The notes below the pieces were generated by a model. That model was not told the origin of the DNA. It saw only the letters and a list, made by a program, of their open reading frames with translations, and made no database searches. From an uncultured virus (IMG/VR IMGVR_UViG_3300024260_000007) (Duplodnaviria > Heunggongvirae > Uroviricota > Caudoviricetes), in the IMG/VR virus record IMGVR_UViG_3300024260_000007: a stretch of 64,000 nucleotides of DNA. One strand, given 5' to 3'. The position numbers were made by a program, and so were the translations under genes. Shown here one piece after another: positions 47,494 through 56,605 of the stretch. Numbering within the stretch: the stretch's first letter is position 1; each line of letters opens with the position of its first letter.

Positions 47494-48738
47494 TTAGCCG
47501 TTTATTGTATATGCGCGTTGTTGCATCCATTCACCTACCGCCTTTCCGGCTAGTTGCGCTTTAGCGCGTGAGCGGTACGGGCTTTGCGTTGTGCCATTAT
47601 CTGTGCCGGTTTTAATGGCGTTAATCATTTGCGCCCAATCGGTAGTAGGGTTGCGCGTTGCGTGCTCTAGGTTTAAATCTGTTTTATCTGCTAGCGTGTT
47701 GCACATTTCCGTAATGTTGTCATAGGCGCGATTAGTGTTGCGATTGGTTTCTGCAGATTTTACGATTAGGTGTAAAAAGCGTACCCACATTTCAAGTTTT
47801 TCACTTTCAACAGTGCCGGCTAGTGCTCTAAATTCGATTGTTTTATGTCTAGAGTATGCGCCTAATAGATTGACCGCAAAATAACGGCTATCGTGATAGC
47901 TAGTACTACCGCCCATATTTGCTACCACCTCTTGCGTTGAAAAATTACCGGATGCAAATTCTTGAAAGCGTGCAAGCGATGCGCCGTAAGTATCGAATCC
48001 TGTAGAGTCATTCGCATTGATTGGTAAGTCTCTAATAAAGTGTTGATTGCGACGGCTTGCCGGTAGTGTCTTTTTTATCAACTCCTGATTTAAGGCATAC
48101 GTCTCAATGATACGCAAAACGCTTGCATAACTCATGCGCTCCACACCAAAATGCACGTGAACACCACATGAGCGGTTAACATACGCCCCACAGTGCTCTA
48201 TTGCATCCATGATTGCGACGGCTTGCATTAATCCTTTTTCACCCTTTAGAATAGGGCTTATTAATTCCATGCCGTATCCGGCGCCCGCATGAATACTAGA
48301 ATCACTTGCGATTTGCCACATATGAGCTGTGTTGTTATGTAGCCCGCCCGTCTGTCTTGAAATTCTAACACCGCTTGTAGTGGTGTCTAGTTGCTCTTGT
48401 ACGCAATCTCTAAAAGCACTCATATGCATAGGGGCAATAAATTCGATTTCAATGCCTAACGTCATACCCCTAGCCCGTCCGCTAGATATTGACACAAGGC
48501 GCGCTAATTCGCGTTGCTCTAATTCAATAGCGCCGGTTAATTCTGCTACTGTTTCACTTGCTGTCTCTATTGCTACCGCGTCCGTTAGTCCGGCTAGTTC
48601 TGCGTTAATGCTGTCGCGTTGCGCCGTTAATTCTGCAATACGGTTAATGCGTTGCTGTATGTTATGCAACTCATTGTTAATATCACCCGCGCTGTATGTC
48701 GCTAGCAATGTAGTTAGTGTTTCGTTTAATATAGTCAT
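47494..48738 (-). CDS. Amidoligase (COOH-NH2 ligase, Amidoligase_2-like) with N-terminal coiled coil
   Basis: LGIEIEF, W.I.SDSSI, ELISPIL, SCGVHVH, RY.AVNL, TIEFR. Confidence 0.88.
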   Translation of the reverse strand: MTILNETLTTLLATYSAGDINNELHNIQQRINRIAELTAQRDSINAELAGLTDAVAIETASETVAELTGAIELEQRELARLVSISSGRARGMTLGIEIEFIAPMHMSAFRDCVQEQLDTTTSGVRISRQTGGLHNNTAHMWQIASDSSIHAGAGYGMELISPILKGEKGLMQAVAIMDAIEHCGAYVNRSCGVHVHFGVERMSYASVLRIIETYALNQELIKKTLPASRRNQHFIRDLPINANDSTGFDTYGASLARFQEFASGNFSTQEVVANMGGSTSYHDSRYFAVNLLGAYSRHKTIEFRALAGTVESEKLEMWVRFLHLIVKSAETNRNTNRAYDNITEMCNTLADKTDLNLEHATRNPTTDWAQMINAIKTGTDNGTTQSPYRSRAKAQLAGKAVGEWMQQRAYTING

Positions 48739-48821
48739 GGTGTTGTTTCCTTATTATTAATGCGCTCTATAAGAGGTGGTACTAGGAAAGGCGTGGCGCG
48801 TTTCGCTCAATCCATGGGCGG

Positions 48822-48849
48822 ATAATACCCTAATTTCACACTTAGTAAA
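48822..48849 (-). promoter_or_regulatory. Phage promoter (TTTACT-16-TATTAT)
   Basis: Spacer aagtgtgaaattaggg; lies upstream of the amidoligase operon. Confidence 0.75.
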
Positions 48850-49272
48850 CACTATTTAACACATAAACTTTAAATCGCCACTAATAACCCCGTTTCAGGA
48901 CACCGGAAACCCTTGGCGCGCGGGGCTTGTCGCGTGTTGCGTGTTATTTGAAATGAAAACGCGGGCGCCCCTTTGCGGGCATTGCGTGGCGCGCGTCGCG
49001 TGTTGCCCTTTAAATCGCCCATTTAAAGTACTTTAAATCGACGGCGGGTATTTGTCGCGGGTTACTTATAATCGCACGTTTAAGGGCACGTTTTGGCGCG
49101 CGTGGCGTGGTGTTTGGGCTGTGTTGCGTGGTATTCGACGGGGGTAGCACTTTAAATCGACAGGATACGCGCCACCCACCCCCCCGCACAGCAACGGCGG
49201 AGTCCCAGTCACTTTTCCGGGTTCTCTGCGTGAAAATTTCGATTCTAGCAATCTTAAGTGTGAAATTAGGGT
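48827..49272. repeat. Non-coding region bounded by an 18-bp perfect inverted repeat; candidate packaging-start/terminus region
   Basis: accctaatttcacactta (48827-48844) and taagtgtgaaattagggt (49255-49272); four internal ctttaaatcg. Confidence 0.65.
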
Positions 49273-49335
49273 TGTTAAAAATTTTTTAATATGCTAAACT
49301 AAACACTCACAGTAAAACGTGCACCAAAGGAGAAT

Positions 49336-49671
49336 ATGGCAAGTCGAAAAAAATTTGTAGCAAATCTGCTAGCAATTAACTACCCCAACTACAACCCTGT
49401 ACTAGCGATGGCCGAGCTGGCTATGGACGAGGAAGTCGACATCAAGGATAGAATCCAGTGTCACAAAGAGGTAGCCGCGTATTGCTTCCCGAAGATGAAG
49501 GCTGAAGAAGTAAAAGACGACGGAGCGGAGCAGATATCTAAAGCGGAAGTCATTGCTCGATTACAAGCACTAGAAGGCAACCAGGTAACTCCTTTAGTGG
49601 AGGCCGGAGCAGAGATATTTGAAGCCGAGGAAGAACTCCCTTTTAGCGACGCGGATTTCGCAGGTGAGTAA
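49336..49671 (+). CDS. terS: Terminase small subunit (putative)
   Basis: Small helical protein overlapping the start of terL; R....KEVA.Y..PK.KA motif. Confidence 0.65.
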   Translation: MASRKKFVANLLAINYPNYNPVLAMAELAMDEEVDIKDRIQCHKEVAAYCFPKMKAEEVKDDGAEQISKAEVIARLQALEGNQVTPLVEAGAEIFEAEEELPFSDADFAGE

Positions 49672-51247
49672 CAACGACCCCTTTGCAGTCACTACGGAAG
49701 CCCCGGCAGAAGACACCACACAGCTAGACTACACCACATTGACGGAAGTACAACTCCGTGAAGCGCTTTCCTTGAGAGAGGACCTCGCACATCGTAAGCA
49801 TATGGAACTCTGTAGAAAGGATTTCATAACATTCTGTCAGTACATGGACCCAAACTTCATGGTTGGCAGGCATCACGCGATAATGGGCGCAGCTTTCAAT
49901 AAAATCGTACACGAAAATGACAAAAGAATCATTATCAACATGCCTCCGAGGCATGGTAAGTCCTATTTAACCTCCCAATACCTGCCAGCGTTCTTTATCG
50001 GCAACTCCCCTACAGCGCAACTCATGAACATTGCGAATGTCGCGGAGCTCGCAGTGAAGTTCGGTCGTCAAGTGAAGGATGTAATCGGCTCAGACAGGTT
50101 TAAAGACGTATTCCCAGGCATTGAAGTGCGTTCAGACTCCAAATCAGCGGGCCGCTGGCAGGTCAACAAGGGCGGAGAGTCATTTTCCGCGGGTGTCGGC
50201 TCTTCTGTAACAGGCCGTGGTGCAGACCTACTGATTATCGATGACCCGTTCACTGAATCGTGCGTATCGCAACCTAAAGTATTCGATGATGTGTGGGAAT
50301 ACTACCTAGCAGGCCCAAGACAGCGTTTAATGCCGGGTGGAAACATACTCGTGGTGCAAACTCGCTGGTCGGTCAAGGATTTAACGGGTAAATTACTCCA
50401 AGAACAGACTAAAAACCCTAAAGCAGACCAGTGGGAGGTCATTGAGTTCCCTGCAGTGCTGCCTAAGTCAGGAAAACCGCTTTGGCCAGAGTTCTGGACC
50501 TCAGAAGCACTCGAAAAGGTTAAAAACTCCCTTGACGCGCGTCACTGGAACTCCGAATGGCTACAAAATCCAACTGCAACGGAAGGCGCAATCGTTAAAA
50601 AGGACTGGTGGATGGAGTGGCCTCACAAAACCCCACCTCAGTGCTCCTACATAATACAATCGTACGACACAGCCTACTCAAAAAGAGAGACTGCGGACTA
50701 CTCAGTCATCTCAACCTGGGGTGTTTTCTATCCAGACGGGGAATTTGAGCGTAAAAACGGGGAAAAGAACACTTATGACGGGCGCGAAGCGCATGTGGTC
50801 ATGTTAGATGTGGTGCGCGACAGGTTTGAGTTTCCAGAACTCAAAGACGAGGCGTATAGACTCTATGCATACTGGGAGCCCGACACAGTAGTAGTCGAAG
50901 CGAAAGGCTCAGGCGGGCCACTAGCTCAAGAGATGCGCGCCAGGGGCATTCCAGTACAGGAATATAGTCCGGGGAAGAGAAAAGGTGGCGGTGGGCAGGA
51001 TAAAATCACCCGATTACACTCCGTAAGTGACTTTTTCCGCTCTGGGATGGTATGGGCGCCTGACGAATTGTGGGCGAGAGATTTAATTGACGAGGTTCAG
51101 GCATTTCCGGCAGGTGACCACGACGACCAGGTAGACTCAATGACGATGGCACTAATGCGCTTTCGAGAGGGCAACTTCCTACAGCTAACGAGTGACGAGG
51201 ACGTAGGGGCAGAATGGCGCCCCCGTAGAAAAATGAAGTACTATTAG
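49664..51247 (+). CDS. terL: Terminase large subunit
   Basis: MPPRHGKS, GRGADLLIIDDP, QTRW, QSYDTA, HDDQVD; start placed at GTG 49664. Confidence 0.95.
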   Translation: MSNNDPFAVTTEAPAEDTTQLDYTTLTEVQLREALSLREDLAHRKHMELCRKDFITFCQYMDPNFMVGRHHAIMGAAFNKIVHENDKRIIINMPPRHGKSYLTSQYLPAFFIGNSPTAQLMNIANVAELAVKFGRQVKDVIGSDRFKDVFPGIEVRSDSKSAGRWQVNKGGESFSAGVGSSVTGRGADLLIIDDPFTESCVSQPKVFDDVWEYYLAGPRQRLMPGGNILVVQTRWSVKDLTGKLLQEQTKNPKADQWEVIEFPAVLPKSGKPLWPEFWTSEALEKVKNSLDARHWNSEWLQNPTATEGAIVKKDWWMEWPHKTPPQCSYIIQSYDTAYSKRETADYSVISTWGVFYPDGEFERKNGEKNTYDGREAHVVMLDVVRDRFEFPELKDEAYRLYAYWEPDTVVVEAKGSGGPLAQEMRARGIPVQEYSPGKRKGGGGQDKITRLHSVSDFFRSGMVWAPDELWARDLIDEVQAFPAGDHDDQVDSMTMALMRFREGNFLQLTSDEDVGAEWRPRRKMKYY

Positions 51248-51286
51248 GTACAATACTCACAACTAATCACCAAACACTCTATATCT

Positions 51287-54200
51287 ATGGGTAATATCGC
51301 AGACGGAATCAAGGGATACGGAACACAGCAGATACAAAAGGACAACGAAGAGTCGTATCTACAGTCTTTACTCGACGGCACGACTGAGTTTGCATCTGAC
51401 TTCGATGAAGGCGCCCAGAACCTGGCCTCTTCTATACTACCCGAAGGTTGGGTAGACCCATACACACCTACTGTAGCAGAAACACCCAGTGAAATAGCCC
51501 ACCTAGATTCCCTTAGGCAAAAGTTTCCTGACAAAACAGACGAAGAGCTACTGAGTCCGTCCTTTGGTAATACAGTAAACAAGTTTGCGCAAAGCGCGAC
51601 AACGGTTACTGGAAACATGGCATCTGGCGCGCACCGCTTGTTGAGTACAGACACTTCTATAGCTAATGCACTAGCAGCAGAGTTCGCAGAACAAAACTAC
51701 ACAGCCCTCCCTACAAACATACCCTTTGCACCAGGAGATACATACTCCCAAACAGGCGTCGAGCAACCAAAGCCTGACTTCCAAGGCATACAGGACGAGT
51801 ACAACGCGCTAGCTAGCAAGAATTACGAAGATTTTGATGTGGACGAGAAGGCCTTCTGGAACAGTGAGGCCGGAAATAAGCTGCACGGTATTAACAAAGA
51901 CGTACAGAAGTATAAACACGCCCATGAAAACATAGAGCGGTTCAAGACCTCGATGGATGAGTACGTTGTGAGAACTGTTGAGGACTACAGGGCGGACGAG
52001 AAGTTCTCAGAGACATATAAAAATAGCGGGGGTGGTGTTACAGGAACCCTATCGGGCATGCTTGAGATGGTCTCAGATAATCCAGAACTAGCACCAGTCT
52101 CGTTTATAGAAAACTTACCTTATATGCTTGCGTTCGCTTACGGCGGAGCAGCTACAAAAGTAACCCTGATAGCAGCGAAAGATGAAGAAAACCTAGCAGC
52201 GTTTGTGAAAGAGAAGGGTAGAGAGCCTACCCTGAAAGAAAGAGCACGTATCACAGTAGATTCGGTCGGTAGCGTTCTAATGGAGAGCTTTGGTGATAAG
52301 TATGTGCTTCGCGGCAAGGTAAGCAGTGTATTCAAAAATATTAATAAGATATTACCACCTGGTTTAACTAGGGTAATAGGTAGTACCGGCACAGAGACTA
52401 TTTCAGGAGCAGGCTCAGAGGCTTTTGACCAAGATGCTAGGCTGCAAGATTTAAGTAAACTTGACGATGTAGCGATAGCGAACTCAGCTGCACGTGAAGG
52501 TATCGCAGGCCTTGGTGGCGGCGGTGTTGGTGTAGCCCGGGAGTCGTTAAACAATCCTGCACTACTCGATAAGATAGACAAAATAACTCAGAACAACCCA
52601 GGGATATTCCCACCAGAGTTGAATGTTAGTAGCATGATGATGGGCGACAAAACCCTAGAATCTATGCCAAAACCGGACCTAGTACAGCAGTCTTGGAGAG
52701 CGACAGCCGAGGATATGGACAAAGAGGGCACTCCTATGCAGCAAATCTGGGAAGAGACAGGGTTTGTGAAGAAGGGTGACGGCAAATGGCGCTTTGAGGT
52801 GGACGATGCAAGCGCAGAACTGACCGCTGAGGGAGTAAGCGTAATAGAATCTAGAGGGGGTGCTGCGGATTTGCACGATTATAAGCTAGGGCAGATACTT
52901 AAGCACGATGAGATGTATAAAGTTGCACCTGGTCTGAAAGACTCGAAAGTTAGGTTCTATAAAGGTAGGAGCAGCTCGAGAGGGTACTACAACGACGAAA
53001 ACGACACTCTGTACTTAAACTTAAACCGTTTCGGTGCAAACGCGACAGGCCCAGGCGCAACGGCAGGACTCGCTGCAAAAGACGTGATTGACCTAGAGGA
53101 AAGAATTGAAAACCTAAAGGCAGACCCTAAGAAGAGTGATAAAGTGTTCCCGGGACAGTTAAAGTCGTGGGAAACCAACGAAAAACAGATTGAAGAGCTA
53201 GAGAAACGCCTAGCCAACCGTAAAAAGGACCTAAAGACTCGTACTGACAGTGATTTAGAGACAACGCTTCACGAGGTGCAGCATGCCGTACAGCAAAGAG
53301 AGGGTTTTGCAAGAGGCGGTAGTCCAGAGGAGTTCATAAAAGAGGTGAAGGCAGAGATGCCGTGGCTGACTAGTGCAGAAAAGATTAGGGAAGAAGCGCA
53401 CGATCGGTATGTGAGACTACTAGGTGAGCAGGAATCTAACGAGACAGGCATGTCGGTAGAAAATGGCGGGCGTAGGGGAATGACCCCGGAGCAGCTGAAG
53501 GGCACTATGCCCGGCCAAATGGGTACTAATGACACAGCCCTGTACGAGCCAATCATCAAAGACCACAAGGGAACTCAGTGGAAGATGGAGAGTACGGATG
53601 AGGAGCGCTACAAGGCAAGCCTAATTGAAGACAAAGAGCTAACCCCACTAGAGCAAGAGCGTCTTAACGAGACTACGGAAGACTGGAACAAGCGACTAGA
53701 GGCAGAAGCCCCTATAGAACTCATTAGAGACGAAAAAGGCAACTTCCCAGGTGAGAAAGGCGTTTCATATACTACAGAAGAGTTCCGAGCGTTTCAAAAA
53801 GCACAAGGCACAGCTAAAAAGGCCTATAAAGACAAGAGAAACAAAGCAAGGGCACAGTTCTTCAGAGACAACGCACAGAACACCCCTAAGCAGATGAGTG
53901 AGGAATACAAAAGCTCTTCAAAACCGTTAGAAAGACACCAAACAGGCATGATAGACCAGATGTCGAATGATGATATAGCATTAGTTGGCGGTATGCGCTC
54001 AGGTAACTCCAAAGGAGACGAAACACGTAGGATGTATACCCTGTACGACATGAAAAACATGGATGAGGACTTCGCTAACGCACAGGACCAAGAAATAGGT
54101 AATATACAACTGTTTACAGAAGATGCTACTGATAAGATACGGGGTATTGTAGATATCAAGATACCTACGAGCAAAAGGAAGCAAGGGCATGCTAGAAAAG

Positions 54201-56545
54201 CGATTGAGTCGATTGTAGCCTCTGAGTTCTCAAATAAACCGTTCAAGATATATGATATAACGAAGACAGCGTACCCATTCTGGAAGAAGATGGGCGTTAC
54301 TTTCGTTAATCACGACTTCGGAAAGGATATCGGCGATACGGTAGGTAAGAGACATAGACTAAAAGGCAGCTGGGGCACCGTGAACGCCTACATAGGAACT
54401 GACGCAGACATCAAGAAGACATTGAAAAAAGCCGCTAAAACTAGGGCAGACGAGGCGTATAAAGCCCAGCTAACAGCTCCCGTAGACGACCTAGGCTTCT
54501 ACTCAAAAGCAGAGAAAGCTGTACGTTCGATAAAGAAGGGGGAGCTAAGGCCTGAGTTAGTGTTTAGTATTACTAAGAAGGGTAAAGCAGTAGGTGTCCT
54601 GCCTGAAGCAGGGGTATCTACAGAACAGATTAAAAACATGGGTATAGATAGGATACTTCAGGAAAAGACCGCAAACGGTGAGAATATAACCAAGCAGGAG
54701 CTATTTGATTTTGTAACTAAGAATAAGACACAGTTCAGCAGCGAGGAATATATGTCTTCTGGGGGCGCCGATGTAATACTGGACGATATCTCTATGGTCG
54801 GGCAGCCGGGTGCTAATGTGACTATGGGTGATGACGAGGGAAGAGTTGCGACATTTGCTGAAGAGGCCCTGGCGTACCTAGGGCACGACAATACAGATTC
54901 CGACATCAGCTGGGAGGAGATTATTAGTAGAGTGCATAAATACGACCCTACTAATTTCCCTGCTAACAACACTACGAAGGCGTATGAGATAGACCTTAAA
55001 CTTAAAGCACTCAGGAGTAAAGAGGGTGCTAGGGATAGGTTCACAGGGACGTTGGAGGAGGACTGGGCGGAGTACCAAGAATTAGAGAAGCAGAGGGACG
55101 CTTTACTGAAGGACAATTACGATGTGGCTGGAGTAGACGAGCTTAAAGCGAAGAACGGCAAGCTATCTGATAGGTGGAGGGAGGTATCACGCCAAATTTA
55201 TGAACACATAGGAGACAAGACCCTTAGGCAGCTTGTTGAGAGCGGAGACCCTACTGCTATTGCGTTACAAACAGACAGAAACAGAATAAACTCCCAAAGG
55301 CAGGCACTAGACTTTCAGATAGACATAGGCGAGAAGACACCCAGGGACTGGTCTGGCGACCTTAAGAGAGAACTACTTGAGAATGGAGGGGTTGATGCTT
55401 ACGAAGATATAGACAACCCTGCTCTAGTGAACGCACTATCTCAGGCAGCCGAGGGCGCCGCGCAGGCTAAGTATGAGGCAGATGCTATATACGACTGGGG
55501 CATCGAAACAGCTGCAGGAGAGTACAGCGTGCGTCTGGACCCTGAGGAAATGTCTTATGATATATCAGGACCTCGTAGTGAGAGAGTGGGCGAGTACAAT
55601 CATCAGGAGGATGTAATAAGCGCTATCCGAAGAGACCTACAAAACTCTTATAATATAAACGGGACAGGGAACACCGAGTGGTCTCACTGGACAGCTAACG
55701 AAGGTAATGACGTAGACCTAGGCACATACCGTGAAATACCTATATTTACAACTCCCCTAGAAGGACAGGAAACTGCTACTAGGGAGCAGATTGGAGGGCA
55801 TTCTATGGGTGGTGTTTCTGACGAGAATACTATTTCCCATCTAAGAGTATCCGACAAGCTGGACTCATCCGATGAGAAGGTCTTATATATACATGAGCAG
55901 CAGTCGGACTGGGCACAGACAGCTAGAGAGGTAGGTGTAACTGAGGAAGAAAATACTAATAATCTTAAAAAGGCGCATGTTGCCATGCGTAAGCTGTCCG
56001 AAAGTCGGGACATGTGGGCTGAGAGGTTAGATAGTGCTGCTAGTATGGCAGCGTCAGAGATACGAAAGGAACTCCAGAAAATAGATACCAAGATTAGTAA
56101 TAAGAGAAGAAGCATAGAGAAAATCAAGGAGGGGCCTATACCTAAGCCACCTATGGGCGTTATAGAGGCTATGGAAGTATCCTTGCAGACAGCTATTAAG
56201 ATAGCTGCAGATGAAGGATACTCTAAAGTAGCGTGGTCAACCCCTGAGGAGCAGACAGGGGTGTACGGTACAGGTTTCGAGGAACTATACGAAAACCACT
56301 ACGGTAAAAACATACCGAAGTACGCTAAAAAATATGCTGAAAAGTATGGCTCTCACACAGGTAAGGTAAAACTACACAGTAAGAAACAAAAAAACGCAAC
56401 AGAGTATGGTTATATAGAGGTAACTGACGAACTTAAGAAGCATGTACAGAAAGGAATGGGGTACGCAAAAGGCGGGCTGGTGACAAATAGCCCTTCAGAA
56501 CGGCAGTTTGCGCACAAAGATTACCTAAATTCCTTAATTAAATAA
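51287..56545 (+). CDS. Large polyvalent protein (LPD23-like, HExxH, GNAT-like and further domains)
   Basis: IWEETG..KGDGKWRFEVDD; LHEVQHAVQ..EGF.RGG; RKQGHAR...FWKKMG; HEQQSDW. Confidence 0.75.
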   Translation: MGNIADGIKGYGTQQIQKDNEESYLQSLLDGTTEFASDFDEGAQNLASSILPEGWVDPYTPTVAETPSEIAHLDSLRQKFPDKTDEELLSPSFGNTVNKFAQSATTVTGNMASGAHRLLSTDTSIANALAAEFAEQNYTALPTNIPFAPGDTYSQTGVEQPKPDFQGIQDEYNALASKNYEDFDVDEKAFWNSEAGNKLHGINKDVQKYKHAHENIERFKTSMDEYVVRTVEDYRADEKFSETYKNSGGGVTGTLSGMLEMVSDNPELAPVSFIENLPYMLAFAYGGAATKVTLIAAKDEENLAAFVKEKGREPTLKERARITVDSVGSVLMESFGDKYVLRGKVSSVFKNINKILPPGLTRVIGSTGTETISGAGSEAFDQDARLQDLSKLDDVAIANSAAREGIAGLGGGGVGVARESLNNPALLDKIDKITQNNPGIFPPELNVSSMMMGDKTLESMPKPDLVQQSWRATAEDMDKEGTPMQQIWEETGFVKKGDGKWRFEVDDASAELTAEGVSVIESRGGAADLHDYKLGQILKHDEMYKVAPGLKDSKVRFYKGRSSSRGYYNDENDTLYLNLNRFGANATGPGATAGLAAKDVIDLEERIENLKADPKKSDKVFPGQLKSWETNEKQIEELEKRLANRKKDLKTRTDSDLETTLHEVQHAVQQREGFARGGSPEEFIKEVKAEMPWLTSAEKIREEAHDRYVRLLGEQESNETGMSVENGGRRGMTPEQLKGTMPGQMGTNDTALYEPIIKDHKGTQWKMESTDEERYKASLIEDKELTPLEQERLNETTEDWNKRLEAEAPIELIRDEKGNFPGEKGVSYTTEEFRAFQKAQGTAKKAYKDKRNKARAQFFRDNAQNTPKQMSEEYKSSSKPLERHQTGMIDQMSNDDIALVGGMRSGNSKGDETRRMYTLYDMKNMDEDFANAQDQEIGNIQLFTEDATDKIRGIVDIKIPTSKRKQGHARKAIESIVASEFSNKPFKIYDITKTAYPFWKKMGVTFVNHDFGKDIGDTVGKRHRLKGSWGTVNAYIGTDADIKKTLKKAAKTRADEAYKAQLTAPVDDLGFYSKAEKAVRSIKKGELRPELVFSITKKGKAVGVLPEAGVSTEQIKNMGIDRILQEKTANGENITKQELFDFVTKNKTQFSSEEYMSSGGADVILDDISMVGQPGANVTMGDDEGRVATFAEEALAYLGHDNTDSDISWEEIISRVHKYDPTNFPANNTTKAYEIDLKLKALRSKEGARDRFTGTLEEDWAEYQELEKQRDALLKDNYDVAGVDELKAKNGKLSDRWREVSRQIYEHIGDKTLRQLVESGDPTAIALQTDRNRINSQRQALDFQIDIGEKTPRDWSGDLKRELLENGGVDAYEDIDNPALVNALSQAAEGAAQAKYEADAIYDWGIETAAGEYSVRLDPEEMSYDISGPRSERVGEYNHQEDVISAIRRDLQNSYNINGTGNTEWSHWTANEGNDVDLGTYREIPIFTTPLEGQETATREQIGGHSMGGVSDENTISHLRVSDKLDSSDEKVLYIHEQQSDWAQTAREVGVTEEENTNNLKKAHVAMRKLSESRDMWAERLDSAASMAASEIRKELQKIDTKISNKRRSIEKIKEGPIPKPPMGVIEAMEVSLQTAIKIAADEGYSKVAWSTPEEQTGVYGTGFEELYENHYGKNIPKYAKKYAEKYGSHTGKVKLHSKKQKNATEYGYIEVTDELKKHVQKGMGYAKGGLVTNSPSERQFAHKDYLNSLIK

Positions 56546-56605
56546 GCTAACTTCACATATACTATAATAAATGTTAAAATCAAAAAACACAACTAGGAAA
56601 CTACT

